DNA from: Anaerolineales bacterium
GTDB taxonomy: Bacteria > Chloroflexota > Anaerolineae > Anaerolineales > UBA6663
Assembly (NCBI GenBank): GCA_025057205.1
Contig: JANWXR010000002.1
Coordinates: forward strand, 1-39,898
Direction: 5' to 3'
DNA: 39,898 nucleotides
Every line of letters starts with the position of its first letter. The stretch's first letter is position 1. Positions 28,501 to 39,764 of the stretch are shown here, in pieces. A program made the translations under genes and the position numbers. The notes under the pieces are model-generated. The model made no database searches, had not been told where the DNA came from, and saw nothing but the letters and a program-made list of their open reading frames with translations.

Positions 28501-28633
28501 CATCACGCAGAAGATCCAGAGCACGACCACCGTGACCGGCGCACTGCAAACAGCCGTGCAGGAGCTGGGGCTGGCACTCAAAGCCAAACGTACACATGTA
28601 GAGCTAAGCCCGGCGCCGATCAACGGCCACTGA
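25562..28633 (+). CDS. Membrane-anchored multi-GAF protein (1023 aa) with no recognisable output and the same conserved C-terminal tail
   Basis: It has about five N-terminal TM helices, then a coiled coil, then repeated GAF and half-GAF-like modules ([30 protein letters not shown]; ...[16 protein letters not shown]...). It ends [50 protein letters not shown]. Confidence 0.85.
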   Translation: [1023 protein letters not shown]

Positions 28634-29400
28634 AGAAGTTATGGCCATGCCCTATGTGATTGCACTTTGGCATCAGAAAGGTGGAGTCTCCAAGACCACC
28701 ACGGCCTTAGCGTTGGCCGCCTGCCTAGTGGAGAAAGCTCACCCAACCCTGTTGCTGGACCTGGATCCACAGGGCAACCTGACCACCGGCCTAGGTCTCA
28801 ACCCGGCAGAAGCGCGTCACTCCCCCGCCGACTTGCTGCTTGGCAATGACACCGTCTCCCGCGTCGTTTGTGCAACTCCCTGGCCTGGCCTGGACATTAT
28901 CCCCTCCAACCCGGACATGGTGACGGTGAGCCGGTGGCTGCATGTGCGCGAGGGCTACGAGCCGGTGCTGCGCCATGCGCTGAGCCGGCCGGACGTTGCC
29001 GGTTACGACTTCGTCTTCCTCGATTGCCCGCCGATGCTCGGCCCCATCACCATCGCCGCGCTCACCGCCGCCCAGCTGGTCATCGTGCCCACGCAGTGCG
29101 AATACTTCTCGGTGCAAACGCTGGGCAGCAGCCTCAAGCTGGTACAGCTGGTGCGCGGGCGCACCAACCCGGGCTTGGCCTACCGCGTGCTCGTCACCCT
29201 CTTCGACCTGCGCGGCGCGCTGCACAGCCGCGTCCTCGCCCAATTGCAGCAACACTTCGCACCGGCCATGTTCCAAACCATCATCGGTGTGGACTCCAAG
29301 CTGCGCGAAAGCCAGCTCGTCGGAACGCCTATCACCTTGCATGCCCCTCATAGCCGAGGCACCCAGCAATATCGTCAACTGGCCGAGGAACTTTGCGCCT

Positions 29401-33975
<4,575 letters not shown>

Positions 33976-34033
33976 GTTTAGAAGGGAATTCGCCTCATTC
34001 GAGCCGTTCCATTCGTTTATAAATTTTCTTTAC

Positions 34034-35710
34034 ATGGCACGACCTTCCTATCTTGAGTGCGTTCACTGCGGCGATCGGCAGCCGTACGTTCCGTTCATAC
34101 CGCCGGTGTGTGCACGCTGCGGCTCAGAGTGGCTAGAGCCGTGGTACGACTACGCCGCCTTTAAGCGCGAGCTGCTGCGCGGGTTGCCAGGCCGCCCGGC
34201 CAATTTGTGGCGCTACCACGACGTCCTCCCGGTGGACGACCCGTTGCGCTTCGACCTGAACAGCGCCGGCGGTACGCCCATGTTGCACTCGCGCCGCTAC
34301 GCCGACCGCCTGCGCCACGCACAGCTCTACATCAAGGATGAACGCCATGGCCCGACCAGCTCGTTCAAGGACCGGCAGGCCGCGGTGGCCGTCGCCGCCA
34401 TGCTGGAAGCCGGCGTCCGTGAGTGCGTCATCGCCTCCACCGGCAACGCTGCCGTTGCCTACGCCTCCGCTTGCGCGCGTGCCGGCATCAAGCTGTGGGT
34501 GTTCATGACCAGCCTGGTGCCCAACGAGAAGCTGCGCGAAGCGGCGCTCTTCGGCGCAGAGGTCATCAAAGTCAGCGGCAACTACGACCAAACCAAGCAA
34601 ATCGCCGCTGACTTCGCCAAACGCCGTGGCCTGCTGCTGGACCGCGGTGCGCGCAGCATCCCGGCGCGTGAGTCCATGAAGACCATCGCCTATGAGATCG
34701 TCGAGCAGCTGGGCTGGCGCGCGCCGGACTGGTACATCCAATCGGTCAGCGGCGGGCTGGGGCCGCTCGGCGTCTATCACGGCTTCAGCGAGCTGCAACA
34801 CATGGGCCTGATTGACAAAATCCCCAAGCTGGGCATCATTCAGGCCGAAGGTTGTGCGCCGATGGTGCGCGCCTTCAAGGCAGGGCGGGACACCGCTGAG
34901 CCGGTGACGCCCGAGACGCGCATCGCCGTGCTTTCCACCGGCGACCCGGGCCGCACCTACACCTATCTCTGGCAGCTGGTGCAGAAGCATGGCGGCGCCA
35001 TGGAGAGCGTCTCCGACCATGCGGCCTGGGACTCGATGCTGACGCTGGCCAAGGCCGAAGGCATGGCCGTCGAGCCGGCTGCTGCCGTCGCCTTTGCCGG
35101 CTTCGAAAAGCTGCTAGCTCAGGGCCATATCCATTCGGAGGAGCTGGTCGTGATCAACGGCACCGGCCACACCTTCCCTGTGGAAAAGCACGTGCTCGGC
35201 GAGCAGTGGCACGTGGACGTGCACTTGAGCGACGACATGCGGCCGGCCCCGCGCGAGGGCCTGCTCGCCGCGCTCAACCAGCTCGATGAGAAGGTGACCA
35301 GCGTGCTGCTGGTGGACGACAATCCCGACGACGCGCTGCTCATCCGGCGGTTGCTGGAGAACCGCAAGTCGTACCGCGTCTTCACCGCCAGCAACGGCGT
35401 GGATGGACTGCGGCAAGCTCGCGAGCGCCTGCCTGACTTGATCATCACCGACCTAACCATGCCGGAAATGGATGGCTTCACTTTGCTGGAAGAATTGCGT
35501 CATGACGCGCGCACCCGCAACATTCCGGTAATTGTGGTCAGTGCACGCGACATCACCGCCGACGAGCGTGCCCGCCTGAACGAGGCAGCGATCGAGGCTC
35601 TTTACGAGAAAGGCTCACTCTCACCACGTGCGTTCGTGGAACAGGTCGTACAGGTGATCGGCGACAAGACGTCGCCGGGTGGAAAGACATCGCCGAACGG
35701 AGGTCATTGA
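34034..35710 (+). CDS. Threonine-synthase-like fold-type-II PLP enzyme with an N-terminal zinc ribbon, fused to a C-terminal receiver (REC) domain
   Basis: A CxxC...CxxC ribbon is present (CVHCGD...CARCGS). The PLP-lysine motif is PTSSFKDRQAAV, and STGNAA and GGLGPLG motifs follow. The C-terminal REC reads VLLVDDNPDDALLIRRLL...LIITDLTMPEMDGFTLL...VVSA. Confidence 0.8.
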   Translation: MARPSYLECVHCGDRQPYVPFIPPVCARCGSEWLEPWYDYAAFKRELLRGLPGRPANLWRYHDVLPVDDPLRFDLNSAGGTPMLHSRRYADRLRHAQLYIKDERHGPTSSFKDRQAAVAVAAMLEAGVRECVIASTGNAAVAYASACARAGIKLWVFMTSLVPNEKLREAALFGAEVIKVSGNYDQTKQIAADFAKRRGLLLDRGARSIPARESMKTIAYEIVEQLGWRAPDWYIQSVSGGLGPLGVYHGFSELQHMGLIDKIPKLGIIQAEGCAPMVRAFKAGRDTAEPVTPETRIAVLSTGDPGRTYTYLWQLVQKHGGAMESVSDHAAWDSMLTLAKAEGMAVEPAAAVAFAGFEKLLAQGHIHSEELVVINGTGHTFPVEKHVLGEQWHVDVHLSDDMRPAPREGLLAALNQLDEKVTSVLLVDDNPDDALLIRRLLENRKSYRVFTASNGVDGLRQARERLPDLIITDLTMPEMDGFTLLEELRHDARTRNIPVIVVSARDITADERARLNEAAIEALYEKGSLSPRAFVEQVVQVIGDKTSPGGKTSPNGGH

Positions 35711-35711
35711 G

Positions 35712-36092
35712 ATGGCTCCAACGATTCTCTACATCGAAGACAACCCGGACAACATGCTGCTGGTGCAGCGGGCGCTGGAGGCACGCGGTTACAACTTTCT
35801 CTGGGCGGCCAACGGCTTGAGCGGTTTGGCGGAGGCTGAGGCCAAACGCCCCGACCTGATCCTGCTCGACATCAACCTGCCCGATATTGACGGTTACGAA
35901 GTGGCGCGCCGCATCCGCGCCCACGCCGAGCTGCGCACGCTGCCCGTCATCGCCATCACCGCCAACGCCCTGCGCGGCGACGCCGAGAAAGCGCTTAACG
36001 CCGGCTGTGATGTGTACATGTCCAAACCCATCAACATCCGTGAACTGTGGGCTAAGATTAATTCCTTCTTGCCGAACGGAGCAGGCTTCTGA
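35712..36092 (+). CDS. Single-domain response regulator (CheY-like receiver)
   Basis: ILYIEDNPDNMLLVQRAL...LILLDINLPDIDGYEV...ITANALRGD...YMSKP. A GGAGG sequence lies 8 nt upstream of the ATG. The start is 1 nt after the stop of the preceding gene. Confidence 0.9.
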   Translation: MAPTILYIEDNPDNMLLVQRALEARGYNFLWAANGLSGLAEAEAKRPDLILLDINLPDIDGYEVARRIRAHAELRTLPVIAITANALRGDAEKALNAGCDVYMSKPINIRELWAKINSFLPNGAGF

Positions 36093-36126
36093 AAGACCCC
36101 GCGATTTATCCCTTTGCCCCCACACC

Positions 36127-36160
36127 AACCGGCCGGACTTGGCACCGTCGGTTTCTCTTT
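36127..36160 (+). terminator. Weak candidate intrinsic terminator after the receiver gene
   Basis: AACCGGC...GCCGTCGGTT forms a 7-bp stem including one G-U pair. It is followed by the T-rich TCTCTTTC. The loop is long, so this is low quality. Confidence 0.3.
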
Positions 36161-36244
36161 CTATCCTCTCAAAATTCTGCCGACCGTCGCCAAGTCACCA
36201 ACAAATTCAAACTGTTCACGCCCTTCTGCACTACCACCGAACCC

Positions 36245-36273
36245 TTCCCACCTTTGCCCAAAGCATTTATGAT
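36245..36273 (+). promoter_or_regulatory. Candidate sigma-70-type promoter for the riboswitch transcript
   Basis: TTCCCA (36245-36250), a 17-nt spacer, then TATGAT (36268-36273), about 50 nt upstream of the aptamer. It overlaps a perfect 9-bp inverted repeat CTTTGCCCA/TGGGCAAAG (36252-36260 / 36275-36283). Confidence 0.35.
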
Positions 36274-36321
36274 ATGGGCAAAGTGAGTCACGGAGCCTGG
36301 CAAATCTTCAGGCTCTAGCCA

Positions 36322-36412
36322 TACAGAAAAAGGCAAACCCGTCGAAAGGCGGGGGCGCAAAGTTACGGGTCTAAGCGCTTGCGGCTGCAAGCGGATGATC
36401 GCCGGACTGCCT
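36322..36412 (+). promoter_or_regulatory. c-di-GMP-I (GEMM-I)-like riboswitch aptamer
   Basis: The sequence reads GGCAAACCCGUC-GAAA-GGCGGGGGCGCAAAGUUACGGGUCUAAG-CGCUUGC-GGCU-GCAAGCG-GAUGAUCGCCGGACUGCC. It has the hallmark GGCAAAC, a GAAA tetraloop hairpin, the GCGCAAAG junction, and a UCUAAG...GAUGA tetraloop-receptor-like hairpin. From memory, V. cholerae Vc2 reads GGCAAACCAUUCGAAAGAGUGGGACGCAAAGCCUCCGGCCUAA. GGCA (36332-36335) can pair with UGCC (36408-36411). Confidence 0.7.
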
Positions 36413-36433
36413 GACGAACCACTTGCTCTCCCA

Positions 36434-36468
36434 ACCTCGGCAGTCCGCAAATGCCGAGGTTCTTTGTT
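36434..36468 (+). terminator. Intrinsic terminator (riboswitch expression platform)
   Basis: A perfect 9-bp stem ACCTCGGCA / TGCCGAGGT (36434-36442 / 36452-36460) has a 9-nt loop and is followed by TCTTTGTT. Its 5' arm and loop, GGCAGTCCG (36439-36447), are perfectly complementary to CGGACTGCC (36403-36411) in the aptamer's 3' strand. Confidence 0.7.
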
Positions 36469-36636
36469 ACTCGGTCTGTGTTGTTGACGGAGATTGATGA
36501 TGACAGCCTGACGCCGGTTTGCCCACTCATCGTTAACCACCGGTAAAAAGCCTCGCTAGATTGCGTCAAACTCGTGGGAGATCGCGGCGCCGTCGCCATC
36601 ACCCCCGAAAAGTTTCTTAGTTAGAAAGGTGCTCTC

Positions 36637-36846
36637 ATGTCCCACAATCCTCACTGGCTCTCAGCGGATACCGATACCGAACTCACCTGGCCGGCGTGGC
36701 TGCTTTCGGACACGCTGACGGACGATGCCTCACCGCTGAAAAGCCTGGCGCGCCATCGTCGTTACGGCTACAACGCCGACGAACCCTCACCCTCGCCGCT
36801 GCGCATCATCGCGCGCGATCGGCGCCCACCGCGCGCCACGCGCTAG
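36637..36846 (+). CDS. Hypothetical small protein (69 aa), possibly the first piece of a decayed gene
   Basis: The ATG is preceded by GAAAGG. About 75% of third codon positions are G/C (counted by eye), similar to real genes here. I recognise no motif. Coding-like signal continues downstream, but only in shifted frames. Confidence 0.3.
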   Translation: MSHNPHWLSADTDTELTWPAWLLSDTLTDDASPLKSLARHRRYGYNADEPSPSPLRIIARDRRPPRATR

Positions 36847-37616
36847 CCGCCGCTATATGGCCGGCACGCTCACGCCGAACAGTGCCGTGCCGGTGATGGA
36901 ACTGGGCCAGCGGATGCTACGCCGCTATACGGCGCTGTCATTGCGCCGTAACCGCTGAAGATGCGGTTGCCATCGAACGTGACGTGGCGTTCGGTAACGC
37001 AGCCGTGGCCACAACCGCCGCGCGGCTGGCCTTCGCGATGTCGCACGTGAAGGTGTTCCCTCTCAGTATGACCTCATCCCTAATGGACGGTGAAGGCTAC
37101 GTAAAGGTCGAGCAGGGAAGGCGGATAAGGCTATACTTTGGCGATTGTCTCCACTGAACCATCGCGGTTCGACACCTCCGCCGCCACTTTAATCGTGGTT
37201 GAGGAGGTGTCCTATAATCAGCAGTTGGGCCTATCCGTCCACAGGCAGACGCTGAGTTGTTGCAAGAGTGCTCGTGATGGTAGGGTTCGGTCACAACACA
37301 ATCGTCTCGTGATGAAAAGGCGAGCAGCAGCGTAGGCCTTGGGAAGGCAGAGCGGCATTCGTCACGGTCACAATGACCGGCAAGGTGATGTGGGCTTGGT
37401 GTGACAAAGTGCTTGCGATTGGCGACGGCCTGGGTGAGCAGTGGCCAACCATCGGAGAGTTGGGGAGAACGTCTAGCGCGGTCGGGGAACGGCAAAACGA
37501 TATTCAGGGTTGAGCGTGGCCGGTTGTCGGGCGATGGTGTGGTGCAACCACAGCAAGCGTATAGGTCAAGGTCTTTGTGGGTTCAGGTTCGTTCCGGCGC
37601 ATAAGCTGCGTGGGTT

Positions 37617-37718
37617 TAGAGCGATTTCCAGCTTGATTTACGGCAAGGCGTACAAAATTCGAGCTATTTTCAGTGAATTTCTACTGTGGAGCCGTAAATC
37701 AATTAGGAATTCGCTCTA
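37617..37718 (+). mobile_element. 102-bp MITE-like element (family A), copy 3, intact
   Basis: TAGAGCGATTTCCAGCTTGATTTACGGCAAGGCGTACAAAATTCGAGC...AATTAGGAATTCGCTCTA has 13-bp terminal inverted repeats with one mismatch and begins and ends with TA. Confidence 0.85.
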
Positions 37719-37915
37719 GGCGCGGCGTGGGCCGGTCATGACCCGCCCCAACAGGCGGTTTCCAGCCGACCGCTTCGCTCCGCTGCGTGGGTGGCTAAAA
37801 CCCAAGCCGTTAGCCCACCTGGTCCGCCAGGTCGTGCAGTCCATCTTCGGGAGCTATCGCGCTTTACGTTTTTACCAACCGATTGTGGTTTCGTGATGTA
37901 TTGACAATTGGGTGT

Positions 37916-39184
37916 ATGGTCTTCGATCAAGCAACGATCATAGTGCGCTCGGGCGACGGCGGCGACGGGGCGGTACACTTTCGCCGCGAGAAATATGTGC
38001 CACGTGGTGGCCCAGACGGCGGCGACGGCGGGCGCGGCGGCGATGTGATTCTCAAAGTGGACCCGAAGCTCAACACGCTCCTGCACTTTGCCACCAAACG
38101 CAGATTCGTAGCGAAGAATGGGGGGCGCGGCGGAAGGAACCACATGCGCGGTAAGAGCGCCGAGCCGCTGATTGTGCCAGTGGCGCCAGGCACCGTCGTC
38201 CGCAACGCCGAGACCGGCGAGGTGCTCGGTGACCTGGTCGAGCCGGGGCAGACGCTGGTGGTGGCGCGCGGCGGGCGTGGTGGGCGCGGCAATGCGCGCT
38301 TCGCCAGCTCACGCAACCAGACGCCGCACGTTGGCGAGCGCGGTGCGCCCGGTGAGGAAGTGACGCTCACATTGGAGTTGAAGCTGATTGCAGATGTGGG
38401 CATCGTCGGCGTGCCGAACGCGGGCAAGTCCACCCTGCTCGCCAGCGTCACGGCGGCCAAACCGAAGATCGCGCCGTACCCGTTCACTACACTGCAGCCT
38501 AACCTGGGCGTGGCCCTGCTCGATGAGCGCAGCGGCGAGACGCTGGTGCTGGCCGATATCCCCGGTCTGATCGAGGGCGCACATCGCGGCGTAGGCTTGG
38601 GCTTCGACTTCTTGCGCCATGTCCAGCGCACCCGCGTCCTCATCCACCTGCTCGATGGCCTGAGCGCCGACCCGCTGGCCGACTTCTCCCAAATCAACAC
38701 CGAGCTGGCGCTCTTTGACGAAGCGCTGGCCCAGAAGCCACAGCTCGTGGCGCTCAACAAGATGGATTTGCCGGAAGTGGCCGCACGCTGGCCGCAGGTG
38801 GAGGCGGAGCTGAAGCGGCGCGGCTACGAGTGCGTTGCCATCTCCGCCGTGGCCGGAACCGGGGTGCGCGACCTGCTGTTCCGCGCCGCGCGCCTGCTGG
38901 CCGAGGCCCCGCCCGCGCCGATCTTCGACGAGTTGCCCGTTTACCGCCCCGCCTTCGCCGACGACGAGTTCACCATCAGTCGTGACCCCGACGGGGCGTA
39001 CCGCGTGAGCGGCAAAAAAATCGAGCGCGCTGCTCGCATGACGTACTGGGAATACGACGAAGCCGTGTTGCGCTTCCAACGTATCCTCGAGGCGCTGGGA
39101 GTCCGGCGTGAATTGGAGGAGGTCGGCGTGCGGGAAGGCGACACCGTGCGCATCGGCGAGTACGAGTTGGAGTGGAGCGACTAG
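37916..39184 (+). CDS. obg: GTPase Obg/CgtA with a C-terminal OCT-like extension
   Basis: The Obg fold reads FDQATIIVRSGDGGDGAVHFRREKYVPRGGPDGGDGGRGGDV. G1 is GIVGVPNAGKSTLL, G3 is DIPGLIEGA and G4 is LNKMD. The C-terminal segment reads ...ERAARMTYWEYDEAVLRFQRILEALGV. I chose the ATG at 37916 over the upstream track start. Confidence 0.9.
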   Translation: MVFDQATIIVRSGDGGDGAVHFRREKYVPRGGPDGGDGGRGGDVILKVDPKLNTLLHFATKRRFVAKNGGRGGRNHMRGKSAEPLIVPVAPGTVVRNAETGEVLGDLVEPGQTLVVARGGRGGRGNARFASSRNQTPHVGERGAPGEEVTLTLELKLIADVGIVGVPNAGKSTLLASVTAAKPKIAPYPFTTLQPNLGVALLDERSGETLVLADIPGLIEGAHRGVGLGFDFLRHVQRTRVLIHLLDGLSADPLADFSQINTELALFDEALAQKPQLVALNKMDLPEVAARWPQVEAELKRRGYECVAISAVAGTGVRDLLFRAARLLAEAPPAPIFDELPVYRPAFADDEFTISRDPDGAYRVSGKKIERAARMTYWEYDEAVLRFQRILEALGVRRELEEVGVREGDTVRIGEYELEWSD

Positions 39185-39211
39185 GGGATTGCGGATTCCC
39201 GATTACGGATT

Positions 39212-39600
39212 TTAGGTTGTCTTGCTGTGCAAATCGGCTATCGGCCGTCCGCAACCACCCCTTGTGGATTGTCGGGAGGATGTTGCGATTTTCTCTTCTT
39301 CCACCATGACCGGACGCCGCTTACCTGCCGGTGGGGCTGTCAGTGACCTTCCTGAGCTACCAAGCGTTGGAAGTTCGCCAGCAGCATGGTGGTCTTCCCA
39401 GGCTCCACACGCCGGCGCCGCCCAGGCGCGGCGCACAGCTTCGACCGTCAAACCGCTGGCAACCAAGGAGGGAATGAGCGCCCCTCAACCGGTTAGCAAC
39501 CGGCCACTGAGCATGGCCCAGAGCAACTGGAACACGGCCAGGTTCGTTCCGAGCGGCAGATTCAGCACCGGGACAGACAACACTTCGGTAACTCGGTAGG
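39212..39600 (-). pseudogene. Possible multiply frameshifted transposase N-terminal remnant
   Basis: Shifting minus-strand frames read VLNLPLGTNLAVFQLLWAMLSGRLLTG / GALIPSLVASGLTVEAVRRAWAA / KTTMLLANFQRLVAQEGH. This loosely resembles the N-termini of some IS4/IS701-type transposases. The evidence is weak. Confidence 0.2.
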
Positions 39601-39764
39601 CTGGGGTGAGCATCGTGGGTGACGTTGGTTAGATTGTCGGTCGTAACCCAACTTCACCAAACGTCCGGCAATGCCTACTCAGTTAGCGGAAACTAGGATT
39701 AGTGGCATTCGTGAACATCCATGCCTGTTCGTGTCCATTTGTGTTCACGTACGACTGACCACAT

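Noticed and set aside
28996-29400. N-terminal 135 codons of the listed 1659-aa ORF (28996-33975).
   Set aside because: This part is an out-of-frame read of the parA gene, with Pro/Ser/Ala/Arg-rich low-complexity sequence. The kinase most plausibly starts at the ATG at 29401.
33976-34033. AT-rich spacer with a TATAAA-like hexamer (34018-34023) before the ThrC-REC gene as an internal promoter.
   Set aside because: The hexamer is only about 10 nt from the ATG, and no acceptable -35 lies at 16-18 nt spacing. It could equally be just a ribosome-loading spacer within the operon.
36169-36540. A 123-aa minus-strand ORF, and the 36363-36602 ORF.
   Set aside because: Both are antisense to the riboswitch and terminator. 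The sequence is better explained by RNA structure, and the translation is not protein-like.
37097-37616. Possible tmRNA, RNase P, SRP or 6S RNA in the ORF-poor, hairpin-rich region upstream of obg.
   Set aside because: I could not find the hallmarks of any of them. There is no GGAAAGUCC-type P4 sequence, no tRNA-like GGUUCGAAUCC...CCACCA 3' end with a complementary T-stem, and no SRP GGAA/AGCA loop motifs. The region remains unassigned rather than called.
39187-39211. Tandem 11-mers GATTGCGGATT-CCC-GATTACGGATT right after the obg stop.
   Set aside because: It is only two imperfect units. It is probably part of a short intergenic repeat or a weak terminator, which is too little evidence to call a feature.
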